Positions 35,639 through 43,719 are shown, counted from the stretch's first letter. The stretch: DNA of 44,072 nucleotides from a virus (IMGVR_UViG_3300045988_043987), one strand, 5' to 3'. A program made the numbers and translations. The notes: generated by a model not told the origin, from the sequence alone.

Positions 35639-37896
35639 TCCAAATCCTCATCTGTCACCACCAGCATTTCATTCGGTTCGTATATTGTCTTCGGAATTTT
35701 GTTGTCGTTTATACCCCACGGCAGCCGGTACTGCTTAGGTATAGGTCTGTTGTTGCCATCCAGACCTGAGACGATAACCCCAGCCTCGTGCATCTCTTCC
35801 AGTTTCTTTCTAAGGTCGTTATTGGCGTTAATTGGTACGCCATAACTATCTTCTTTCGCGGCTTTGACGATAGCCGACATAGAGAACCCTCGCTTATCGT
35901 CGCCCTGCTCCTGCAATTTACCCAATGCGTAAATAACCGTAGCCTCTTTGGTGTCCAGTTTCTCGAACTGGCCTACCTTTTCTTTAACGGCTTCCTTCTG
36001 TTCGTCGGTCATACCTTCTACTTTCTTCACGAAGACAGAGAAGGCGTTAAAGTTAACAAAGACATCGATGTGCGGGTTTCCTGCGTCAAAATCGCGGACA
36101 TCATCACTACTGTACCCTTCCGGAAGACCCATGAAGTTGTGAGTTGGCTCTTTCTTTTTCGGTGGCTCCGCTATCTGAATCTTCTGTATTACAAATCCTC
36201 TGGCTTTCTGCCGTTCTCCGTTTCGGTTCTTTATGTGATACAGGTTTATCCCTAAGTTATTGTCGTTGTCAGGCTTATGCAGGAACATCCCGTTATCGAT
36301 GGAGTTGTGAAAGTCACTTCCACCCTTCGGCATCATGCCGTTTTCCGACGGTACTGTTTCGTCGATGTTTTTAGTCGGGTGCACCATAGCACCTACCGCG
36401 GCGTTAAGCGTCGACGCTATTTCGTTAAGTGCCTGCGCCGCTTCTTTCATTGACCTGTTGTCGTTTTCGTCAAAGCCAGGTATGCAAGTTTGCAGGGTAT
36501 CAAACGTAACCTTTACAATTTTCTCTTCACCGGCAACACGGCGCATCATTCTCACCACCTGACGTCGCCATGCTTCGTCGAGTAAGTTACATCCCTCCGC
36601 AACACAATCGATAATGTGCAAGCGGTCCAAGTTATCGCCGAGGGCAATCTGCAAAGATTTTTTATGTCGCTCGAACGACCGCACACCTTCACCCGCAAAA
36701 ATAAACGCATGACCTTCCGCTACCTCAGCCCCGCCGAACGCATATCTTTTTTCGGCAGCAATAGCGGCGTCAATCGCCATACTAAATGTTGACTTACCGG
36801 TATGCGACTTTGCACAAATGTAGAATGATTCGTTAGTCTGCATAAGACCATCTACGACGGAGTATGCAGGTTCTTTTTCTAATTCCGGCTCGTCTTCAAG
36901 GTCTTCCAGCGTGCAAGTTACAGGTTCCTCGTTCTCTGTGCGGTGCAGTTCTTCAATCTCTTCATCAGGTAAATCAGGCAGAGCCGCGCGAATGCTGTTA
37001 ACGCTGATAGGTTGCTTGTCTACGTTAAGCTCGTCAGGTAGACCACACATACGCAGGGCCAAATGCTGCCTACGGTTAAGCTCGGTGCAAGCGCCGTTGT
37101 TTGTATGCTGGCAGACAAAGCGCACTTCTTTACCGTCTAGCATGATGCTGGTGGAGCCTTTGCCTGTGTGCAGATGTTCGTTAGGGCATGGCACTTCGTA
37201 CCCGCGCCCGGAAGATAAAGCATCAAGCCCAAGCTCGGCTTCGCAGAAATGCGCTATATCTGCGTTAAGCCCATGCTCATCGGCAGCAAGTGTCTTGGCT
37301 TCGCGTTTACGCAACCCCATCTCTTCGGCTTTCTTGATGTACCGCTCGGCACGGATAACACGCCCCTCTGTAACCGTTATCTTCGACTCTTTATGCGGCA
37401 GGTAGATAAGGCGGTTGCCATCTTCTGTGCAGTGGTCACGCAGCGATTCATCTATTTCTAACTCTGCACAAATAGCCCGTTGCACCATCCACGCATCGTT
37501 AGAGTTAAACGGAGTGCGAGCCGGAACCAGAACGCGGAATGCGTAATCCCCGTTTTTACACGCGTGCTGATGCGATGCCGTTGTGTGCAGAATATTGAAG
37601 AACGGCGCGTTCTTGAATTTGCGTGTCAGGTCGCGGTACTGAGTACGGTTGAGATGGTCGAAGTCGAACTTAACCACACTGTCTTCCAGAATCGCATTCT
37701 TACGGCGACCGCCAACAGGAGCAATAGCCTTCTGCTTAATCTTAGCCGCGTCGTATTCTTCCTTAGTCCACGACGGGTCCACGGACAAACGCTTCGATGT
37801 ATCGCAGACGTACTCTACAAACTGCTCCAGCGGCATTTCACGTGCTACAGGGTTTTTATCGAATGTGTTACGCAGCGTTGCAAAAACAATATTCAT
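35635..37896 (-). CDS. DNA primase / P-loop ATPase (primase-helicase-like replication protein)
   Basis: Cys/His zinc-binding cluster, Walker A SHTGKST, 753 aa. Confidence 0.75.
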   Translation of the reverse strand: MNIVFATLRNTFDKNPVAREMPLEQFVEYVCDTSKRLSVDPSWTKEEYDAAKIKQKAIAPVGGRRKNAILEDSVVKFDFDHLNRTQYRDLTRKFKNAPFFNILHTTASHQHACKNGDYAFRVLVPARTPFNSNDAWMVQRAICAELEIDESLRDHCTEDGNRLIYLPHKESKITVTEGRVIRAERYIKKAEEMGLRKREAKTLAADEHGLNADIAHFCEAELGLDALSSGRGYEVPCPNEHLHTGKGSTSIMLDGKEVRFVCQHTNNGACTELNRRQHLALRMCGLPDELNVDKQPISVNSIRAALPDLPDEEIEELHRTENEEPVTCTLEDLEDEPELEKEPAYSVVDGLMQTNESFYICAKSHTGKSTFSMAIDAAIAAEKRYAFGGAEVAEGHAFIFAGEGVRSFERHKKSLQIALGDNLDRLHIIDCVAEGCNLLDEAWRRQVVRMMRRVAGEEKIVKVTFDTLQTCIPGFDENDNRSMKEAAQALNEIASTLNAAVGAMVHPTKNIDETVPSENGMMPKGGSDFHNSIDNGMFLHKPDNDNNLGINLYHIKNRNGERQKARGFVIQKIQIAEPPKKKEPTHNFMGLPEGYSSDDVRDFDAGNPHIDVFVNFNAFSVFVKKVEGMTDEQKEAVKEKVGQFEKLDTKEATVIYALGKLQEQGDDKRGFSMSAIVKAAKEDSYGVPINANNDLRKKLEEMHEAGVIVSGLDGNNRPIPKQYRLPWGINDNKIPKTIYEPNEMLVVTDEDLE

Positions 37897-38021
37897 TTCT
37901 TTTTCTCCGCACGTTCTAAGGCTTCCTGCATACGACGCATTGCGCGGTTCATCTTTACCGGTGCGAAGAAATCAGCGCCGTGTTTCTGGCGGCGTAGCTG
38001 TGGAACTATTAACTTCGTCAT
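37893..38021 (-). CDS. hypothetical basic micro-protein (42 aa)
   Basis: AAGGA ribosome-binding site; stop overlaps primase ATG (ATGA); below track cutoff. Confidence 0.3.
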   Translation of the reverse strand: MTKLIVPQLRRQKHGADFFAPVKMNRAMRRMQEALERAEKKK

Positions 38022-38089
38022 TGTATAATCCTTGTGCTTACTTTGATGATTTGTACTTTAACCCCGACGTTCTGGCGTTGGGGTTTCTT

Positions 38090-38302
38090 TTATTTATCGC
38101 CTGCAAACCACGCGTGCGCAGAATCATAGAAACGACATTTACTTAACATGTCTACCGGCATCTTAATAATGCGCGTCGGTTCCGACAAATGATTAGGTTT
38201 ACATATTTCTGCATAGAATCCGCTGTCGGTAATTTCTGACGCAAACTTAAACCAGTATTTAACTTTACCGTTCTCAAAGTAACAACCCATACGCCCAATC
38301 AT
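38090..38302 (-). CDS. hypothetical protein (70 aa)
   Basis: ORF coupled to upstream helix-turn-helix gene. Confidence 0.5.
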   Translation of the reverse strand: MIGRMGCYFENGKVKYWFKFASEITDSGFYAEICKPNHLSEPTRIIKMPVDMLSKCRFYDSAHAWFAGDK

Positions 38303-38481
38303 TTCACGTTCTCCTTAATCCACGCTTCAACTTTATTACGGTCAAATGTTCCAGGTAAACGGCGGCCCATAACCTTAATACAACAGTCGGGGAATTTACC
38401 ACTGCGTAACCAGTTATTAATTGTCTGACGTGTCACCCCAATACGTTCTGCTACTTCATTCTGGGTCATGTAATGTTGCAT
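38299..38481 (-). CDS. helix-turn-helix DNA-binding protein (AlpA/excisionase-like fold)
   Basis: MTQNEVAERIGVTRQTINNWLRSGKFP; AGGAG before ATG at 38481 (track ORF extends to 38553). Confidence 0.65.
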   Translation of the reverse strand: MQHYMTQNEVAERIGVTRQTINNWLRSGKFPDCCIKVMGRRLPGTFDRNKVEAWIKENVK

Positions 38482-38589
38482 TTTTATATCTCCTGTTTGT
38501 TTAGTGAAGCCAAGTATAGGATAGCGTGAATGTAAAAGCAACCAAAACACCACACAAAGTTACTAAGATACAAAAGATGCTACTGGTAT

Positions 38590-38618
38590 TGACTTTTACT
38601 AAGAAATATGCTAAGCTC
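38590..38618 (+). promoter_or_regulatory. promoter of ncRNA B (TTGACT - 17 bp - TAAGCT)
   Basis: same hexamers and spacing as ncRNA A promoter. Confidence 0.55.
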
Positions 38619-38624
38619 GTCCTG

Positions 38625-38836
38625 AGCTTGTGAAGTATGAACAAGCGACCGCGGTGCGCGGCAGGCGAAACGAGCACGTCTCGACGTGTGGAGTGAGTCT
38701 CGCTGGCGCATTCGGAAGGGCCATAGTCTATTGTTATTCCCGCCTAAGTATCTAAGTTACTGATTTGACGTAGGTTAGAACCGCAAGCTCACTCACTCAC
38801 TCTTGGTGCCTTCGGCACCCCGTTCGTTTCGTTTCG
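38625..38836 (+). ncRNA. candidate structured small RNA, paralog B
   Basis: shares 5' 37 nt and 3' UUCGGAAGGGCCAUA segment with paralog A; internal hairpin CACGU-CUCG-ACGUG; terminator-like GGUGCC-UUCG-GCACC plus U-rich tail. Confidence 0.5.
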
Positions 38837-38885
38837 CTCGCTACCCTATTACACGAAAGAATCACAACGGCAACGTAACTATTCT

Positions 38886-38919
38886 CTTGCACACCCCAAT
38901 ATAATAGGATACTATTCAC
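38886..38919 (+). promoter_or_regulatory. conserved dyad operator/promoter motif, copy 4 (TTGCAC-N7-TATAAT-AGGATACTATTCAC)
   Basis: perfect TATAAT at 38900-38905; about 30 nt upstream of ribosome-binding site of 38950 gene. Confidence 0.6.
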
Positions 38920-38949
38920 TTATCGAAACGAGACAGAGGAGTGAGGGTT

Positions 38950-39141
38950 ATGTTTAAAAAGGGTCAGTTGGTTAAATGCGCCGACGGTAAACACGGTGTG
39001 ATTGAATTAAAATCCGCTTTATTTCCGGGAGAGTACGTAGTTACTGTGCAAAAGGTGAGAGGAGTAAATTCGGTGGTATACGTAGCGGAAGAGAATTTAA
39101 AGCTAATCGGCAACAATTTTAAATTCAAAGGGGCGAAGTGA
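38950..39141 (+). CDS. hypothetical protein (63 aa)
   Basis: GAGGAG ribosome-binding site; first gene of rightward early cluster. Confidence 0.6.
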   Translation: MFKKGQLVKCADGKHGVIELKSALFPGEYVVTVQKVRGVNSVVYVAEENLKLIGNNFKFKGAK

Positions 39142-39347
39142 TGGACGAATTATTCGAAGAACTGAAACATCATAAACTGGAGAAAGTGCATTTCCAGGTA
39201 AACAGATACGAGGTTATTTTATTCGACGGCCCAACTATTTCTTCCGGGGTATGGAAGGACCTGCTAAAAGTTTTACGTGCGCTACGAACGGCATCGAATC
39301 ATGATGCCAGTGCCGACGACTCTGAGGGAGTTGCCGTTAATGAATAA
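39138..39347 (+). CDS. hypothetical protein (69 aa)
   Basis: ATGA-coupled ORF. Confidence 0.55.
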   Translation: MMDELFEELKHHKLEKVHFQVNRYEVILFDGPTISSGVWKDLLKVLRALRTASNHDASADDSEGVAVNE

Positions 39348-39606
39348 CGCTGAACTGGAAAAAGTCTCCGACACTCTTCATAAGGTACGGGTCATGCGTC
39401 GGGGTGCTGGGCTGGAGCAGTTTTATAACATGTGGCGCACCGCGACGCGCGACCATGAGTTTCTGCGAACAGGTTATTATTTCACTAAAGGCATTATCCC
39501 GATTCGCGCACGCGGGGATTACGGATGGGTTCGCGAGACACCTAATCTTATGTGGTGCTGGTACTGCGGTGAGTTCTGGGTGCACGTTAAAGAGAAGATG
39601 GGGTGA
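39340..39606 (+). CDS. hypothetical protein (88 aa)
   Basis: ATG at 39340 overlapping upstream stop. Confidence 0.5.
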   Translation: MNNAELEKVSDTLHKVRVMRRGAGLEQFYNMWRTATRDHEFLRTGYYFTKGIIPIRARGDYGWVRETPNLMWCWYCGEFWVHVKEKMG

Positions 39607-39609
39607 GTT

Positions 39610-39864
39610 ATGAGAGAAGCATTCGAACGGTGGGCCGTCGTCGATGGTCTGCCGGTTAACAAGGGTTCGAAGAAAGAGTACCTGAACGTTAAGACGCGTC
39701 TCGCGTGGCGGGCGTGGAAAGCTGGTGTGCAGTACAAATCTCGTGCTGACGAAGTGCTGCTCTCGCGTTCATACAAGAATCAGACACATGAAGCGTTAAA
39801 ATGCGATTCTCCGAAGTCTGATGAATCGATCTTAGATATGCTATCTACTTACTCAGAAAGGTAA
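39610..39864 (+). CDS. hypothetical protein (84 aa)
   Basis: ORF with GGGTGAG upstream. Confidence 0.5.
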   Translation: MREAFERWAVVDGLPVNKGSKKEYLNVKTRLAWRAWKAGVQYKSRADEVLLSRSYKNQTHEALKCDSPKSDESILDMLSTYSER

Positions 39865-39907
39865 GTGGAAAGCTGGTGTGTTGTTTATCGCGAATCAGAG
39901 GTGAGAT

Positions 39908-40111
39908 ATGGGTAAGTGGATTAAGTGTAGTGAGCGGATGCCAGACCATGGCCAGCCAGTTTTGGTTGTCAGTAGTATGGGTGGTGTGGTCCAGAACAAT
40001 GTGTACGAGTGGGATGGGGTAACTTGGTGTGATTTCCGGGCGGACTACGGGGAACACGTGCAGGAAGTGTTTTCTCACTGGATGCCATTACCTGAGCCAC
40101 CAGAAGTGTGA
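39908..40111 (+). CDS. DUF551-like protein
   Basis: W-x-KCSERMP ... HWMPLPEPP pattern typical of DUF551. Confidence 0.55.
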   Translation: MGKWIKCSERMPDHGQPVLVVSSMGGVVQNNVYEWDGVTWCDFRADYGEHVQEVFSHWMPLPEPPEV

Positions 40112-40143
40112 TGTTCAATAGTTTGGGATTTTACTGAGTGACT

Positions 40144-40176
40144 TACGCTGCTACACAGCAGCGTATCATTTTTCTC
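40144..40176 (+). terminator. intrinsic terminator
   Basis: TACGCTGC-N6-GCAGCGTA followed by T-rich tract. Confidence 0.6.
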
Positions 40177-40235
40177 ATTTTTGTTCTATTTCACCAAACG
40201 CAACAATCGAAGCGACTATTGAAGGAGATGCAACA

Positions 40236-40406
40236 ATGAAACTTAATGACATCGTAACCTGGACCGGTAGAAACGGAGAAAAGCGATTCGGGCTTATTGT
40301 TGCATCAAACGGCAACAAGTACCGTGTTATGCGATGGCGTCAGTGGGCGCGACGCCCGAGGCACTACTGGATTAGTAGCGAACGATTATCTTTAAAACAC
40401 CAATAA
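40236..40406 (+). CDS. hypothetical basic small protein (56 aa)
   Basis: strong AAGGAG ribosome-binding site; below track cutoff. Confidence 0.4.
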   Translation: MKLNDIVTWTGRNGEKRFGLIVASNGNKYRVMRWRQWARRPRHYWISSERLSLKHQ

Positions 40407-40412
40407 AATTTA

Positions 40413-40447
40413 CTTGCACGCTAAGATAGAATAGGCTACTATTCACT
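40413..40447 (+). promoter_or_regulatory. conserved dyad operator/promoter motif, copy 5 (TTGCAC-N7-TAGAAT-AGGCTACTATTCAC)
   Basis: same architecture and leader (CACAAACGAGAGGAG) as copy 4. Confidence 0.55.
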
Positions 40448-40473
40448 TACACAAACGAGAGGAGAGACAGAAT

Positions 40474-40614
40474 ATGATTCCCGCAGCAACTTGGATGGAA
40501 GGGTATAGGTCCTGGACTTTAGGCGAACTGGTTGATGCTTACGAGATACTAGGCAGCACTTCGGTGTGTAACGGCGACACGAAAGTGATAACAATGGGGT
40601 TTGATGATGAGTAA
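40474..40614 (+). CDS. hypothetical small protein (46 aa)
   Basis: GAGAGGAG ribosome-binding site; below track cutoff. Confidence 0.4.
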   Translation: MIPAATWMEGYRSWTLGELVDAYEILGSTSVCNGDTKVITMGFDDE

Positions 40615-41275
40615 CAAAAACGAAGTATTCGAGTACCTGATTGACCAGCTACGGCAGCAGCTACCTGTCGTAGATGTAATGGGTGAGATTGAACGGTGGA
40701 GTATCGACCGTAGTATTGCTGGCCGCGGTAACTATACCGACGAGGAAAACGTCATAATCGATGCTTACATCGGCCTGGAGCACAACACATACAAGCAACA
40801 GTGCGAAGACCTGGCACAAGAGGTACAGTCACTCAAGAATCAGTTACGTGATGCGTCTGCACAGATTAAGGAGTTGCAGGAAGACAACATTAGGAAATCC
40901 GAGCACATATCACATATGACCGGGCAATCGTCCGCATATCGTAATGACGCGTTGCGCTTTCAAGCGCAAGTTGATGACCTGGTAAAACGACTGGCTACCG
41001 CTACCGGTGACGTGGAGGCGTACAAACTTATCCGCAAAGGCGGCTACATTTCTGGTGGTCAGCGATACGTAGTAGGTGAACACGGACCTGAGCAATCTGG
41101 TTGCCGCAAAGAAGATACACAAGAATGCAACCATACCTGGAGATTCGTTAATGGTAAGGCTCCCGCCGTTTGTATTAATTGCGGCGTGACTAAATCCAGC
41201 GAGTGTGAACACGAATGGCAATTTTACGGAGTAGGGTTTCCGTGTATGTGCATTAAATGCGGGCTGAAGAAATGA
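40604..41275 (+). CDS. hypothetical protein with coiled-coil and C-terminal Cys-rich zinc-ribbon-like region
   Basis: four CxxC-type pairs near C-terminus. Confidence 0.55.
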   Translation: MMSNKNEVFEYLIDQLRQQLPVVDVMGEIERWSIDRSIAGRGNYTDEENVIIDAYIGLEHNTYKQQCEDLAQEVQSLKNQLRDASAQIKELQEDNIRKSEHISHMTGQSSAYRNDALRFQAQVDDLVKRLATATGDVEAYKLIRKGGYISGGQRYVVGEHGPEQSGCRKEDTQECNHTWRFVNGKAPAVCINCGVTKSSECEHEWQFYGVGFPCMCIKCGLKK

Positions 41276-41475
41276 CCAGCGTCTTATTCATCTGGGTACT
41301 GTCCGCAGGCCAGATGCAACTGGCGGCATCAGAAACGTTCTATTCGATGGAGGCGTGCCAGTCAGCGGCACGCGCCGCAGAGAACGCGCACTTTCTGTTT
41401 CAGGGCGACAAGCCCATCGATTCAGAGGTACGCGCTATCTGCTCACCTAAGCGACTTGGTAAACAGGAGAAGTGA
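41272..41475 (+). CDS. hypothetical small protein with N-terminal signal-peptide-like segment
   Basis: ATGA-coupled; hydrophobic N-terminus MTSVLFIWVLSAG. Confidence 0.45.
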   Translation: MTSVLFIWVLSAGQMQLAASETFYSMEACQSAARAAENAHFLFQGDKPIDSEVRAICSPKRLGKQEK

Positions 41476-41684
41476 TTATGGTGCAGAGATATTTATTACA
41501 AGGCGGTTTAATTGGACCGCACGATGCAGGTGATTGGGTTGGCTATGAAGATTACGCAAAACTTGAGGCCGCCGTTATCGCATTACTTGCGGACATAAAC
41601 CGACGCTACCCTGGAGAAGGGTTTAAGTGTCCGTTAATACTTAAACTCGCGGAGATTGTGGAACATGTGGAAGGGGTGGAGTGA
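41472..41684 (+). CDS. hypothetical protein (paralog 1 of tandem pair)
   Basis: shares MVQRY...YEDYAKLEA pattern with next gene. Confidence 0.5.
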   Translation: MIMVQRYLLQGGLIGPHDAGDWVGYEDYAKLEAAVIALLADINRRYPGEGFKCPLILKLAEIVEHVEGVE

Positions 41685-41878
41685 TGGTACAGAGGTACGA
41701 GGCAAACGCGTGGGGTCTGCCGGAGCCTGAGATGGCTGAGTACGCGTACGGCGATTACGTAGAATATGACGCTTATCTGAAACTCGAAGCAAAGTTACGT
41801 GAATTCGCTGAACAGGTAATGTACGCACCTTGTTCGAAAGTTACAGAAGAAATGGCCCGCGAGATTCTCGGAATATGA
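41681..41878 (+). CDS. hypothetical protein (paralog 2 of tandem pair)
   Basis: MMVQRY...YDAYLKLEA. Confidence 0.5.
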   Translation: MMVQRYEANAWGLPEPEMAEYAYGDYVEYDAYLKLEAKLREFAEQVMYAPCSKVTEEMAREILGI

Positions 41879-42015
41879 GCCTCGCAACTGACATCCTGAA
41901 ACGAAGCGGCCTCGCTCCGCTGTCTCCGAGAGCGAAGACCCGGATACACAAGCGCCGCCGTAACGCGCTGTTCCCGGAGATACAAGAACGCCGTAAAGCT
42001 ATCCGCGCCTGTTGA
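41875..42015 (+). CDS. hypothetical arginine-rich small protein (46 aa)
   Basis: ATGA-coupled ATG in frame with track ORF 41830-42015. Confidence 0.4.
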   Translation: MSLATDILKRSGLAPLSPRAKTRIHKRRRNALFPEIQERRKAIRAC

Positions 42016-42033
42016 TTCCAGAACGGGAAGGCC

Positions 42034-42168
42034 GTGAATCTTGGTGAGTTTAAAACACAGGAACGCGCAGCTATCGCTAATCGACTATTTAACTACTGGA
42101 AATCGCTGGGGTACGAGGATATTCCGACGAAACCTCAGAGACGACAATACATCTGGAGACACAAATGA
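42034..42168 (+). CDS. hypothetical small protein (44 aa, GTG start)
   Basis: gap-filling ORF whose stop overlaps next ATG. Confidence 0.25.
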   Translation: MNLGEFKTQERAAIANRLFNYWKSLGYEDIPTKPQRRQYIWRHK

Positions 42169-42605
42169 CGACTATCGCGTTCGACGGAAAGACAATGGCA
42201 TGTGACACGCGTGTTGTGTGCGGGAGTAACTGTTACAACACAGACACAAAGATATACGAGAATGATTTTGCTGTTATCGGGGTGGCTGGCGATGCCGGAG
42301 TCGGAACTATGCTTATCGATTGTCCGTATATCCTCCAGGCCAGACACTATGACTTCGATTTCGAAGCCCTGGTGTTCGTGAAAGATACAGAAAAAGTGTA
42401 TAAAGTCGCGTTTTATAAATCGTGGGATTGTGCACTAAGTTCGGTTATCCCTGTTGCCGATAGCTTTGCCGCCGTTGGTTCCGGTTCTCCTTATGCACTG
42501 GCGGCCATGGAATGTGGATATTCAGCACATGGAGGTGTGGCCGTTGCCTCGAAGTTCGACACTAACACGGGCGGCAAGATTATTACCAAACAACTATTAG
42601 GATAA
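42165..42605 (+). CDS. HslV/proteasome-beta-like Ntn-hydrolase peptidase (putative)
   Basis: N-terminal MTTIAF (Thr after Met) and GSGSPYALAA motif, as in HslV TTIV... and GSGGPYAQAA. Confidence 0.55.
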   Translation: MTTIAFDGKTMACDTRVVCGSNCYNTDTKIYENDFAVIGVAGDAGVGTMLIDCPYILQARHYDFDFEALVFVKDTEKVYKVAFYKSWDCALSSVIPVADSFAAVGSGSPYALAAMECGYSAHGGVAVASKFDTNTGGKIITKQLLG

Positions 42606-42664
42606 ATCCTACCCGTGGTATCCTCCAGTTACTGCATACTTAATACGCACCTGGAGGATTCATC

Positions 42665-42973
42665 TTGGATAAATTTACCGAAACAGTGACAGGCTGGCTT
42701 CTCGCTGCCGCACTCGCCGGAGGGGTCATCGGACTACGACAACATAAGTCCGTTATTTCTGGCCCTATCGACGGCTTCTGCTTTATCGCAACCGGCTTCA
42801 CTTGCGCCGTATTTGGTGCGCCTCTTGCCGCCCAATGGTTTGGCATTACCGGGGAGCGTGAAATCGCTGGCCTCGGATTTATCATCGCTGTCCTCTGGAT
42901 GCCCATCTATTCCCGCCTTTCTGGCATCGTCGCCGGAGAATACATCGCACGTCGAGGAGGCTCGGATGAATGA
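42665..42973 (+). CDS. holin (putative, 3 TM helices)
   Basis: three hydrophobic helices, charged C-terminus; TTG start with GGAGGA; upstream of endolysin. Confidence 0.55.
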   Translation: MDKFTETVTGWLLAAALAGGVIGLRQHKSVISGPIDGFCFIATGFTCAVFGAPLAAQWFGITGEREIAGLGFIIAVLWMPIYSRLSGIVAGEYIARRGGSDE

Positions 42974-43238
42974 GCTATTCTGGTTCGGCGGTATGCTGGC
43001 AATCGGTGGCGCATCGCTGTTTAATGTGTATCATCCCAGCGTTGACGACGGGTTATTTGGTCGGGTGCTCTATATCCTGACCGCTATTGTCTGCGCCGCC
43101 GGGTGTATCCACCTGTTACAGGGCAGCATGTCACCTACGTTGCCCGAGACGTTAATCACATTAGTCGCGCTGCGTCAGATTCGTCAGGCGTGGCTGTCGT
43201 ACGGAGGACATAAGCGTGTCTCGAAATATTTCAGATAA
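42966..43238 (+). CDS. second lysis-cassette membrane protein (2 TM helices; holin/antiholin-like)
   Basis: ATG at 42966 with GAGGAGG; overlaps holin stop and endolysin start. Confidence 0.45.
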   Translation: MNELFWFGGMLAIGGASLFNVYHPSVDDGLFGRVLYILTAIVCAAGCIHLLQGSMSPTLPETLITLVALRQIRQAWLSYGGHKRVSKYFR

Positions 43239-43719
43239 TGGATTGCAGTTCAAAAAAGCGTGGGAAAAGTTTCGCGGAACTGCGTACAAAGCAACAAAGA
43301 ACGAAAAATACTGGACTATAGGCTGGGGCCATACCGGGCCTGATGTGTACGAAGGGCAGAAGATTACCGAAGGCCAGGGACTTCTGTTACTGAACCGTGA
43401 TATGCAGTGGGCGGTGAAAGCAGTCGATGACGTCGCACATCCCTCCCTGACCCAAGCCCAGTTTGATGCCGTCGTTGACCTGGTGTTCAACGCAGGGACT
43501 GGCGTGATTGCGGCTACGACAGGGACGGGTAAGGCACTACAGCGGGGAGACATCCCTACCCTACGGCACAAGATGAGTCAGTTCATTAACCAGCGCAACC
43601 CTAAGACCGGTAAACTTGAACCTGTTCTGGGCCTGCGCCGTCGCGTAGCGGGTCGTCTGGCGCTGTTCGACGGTAAACCGTGGCGGGAGGCAGAGGCTAT
43701 CGGGAGGGCTGTTAAATGA
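43216..43719 (+). CDS. endolysin, T4-lysozyme-like (GH24)
   Basis: AYKATKNEKYWTIGWGH lysozyme signature with upstream catalytic Glu; GTG start with GGAGGA. Confidence 0.8.
   Translation: MSRNISDNGLQFKKAWEKFRGTAYKATKNEKYWTIGWGHTGPDVYEGQKITEGQGLLLLNRDMQWAVKAVDDVAHPSLTQAQFDAVVDLVFNAGTGVIAATTGTGKALQRGDIPTLRHKMSQFINQRNPKTGKLEPVLGLRRRVAGRLALFDGKPWREAEAIGRAVK

Noticed and set aside
38788-38803. Short (CACT)3-4 tract as possible CRISPR or iteron array
   Set aside because: Only three to four 4-bp units with no spacers; too short to be an array.
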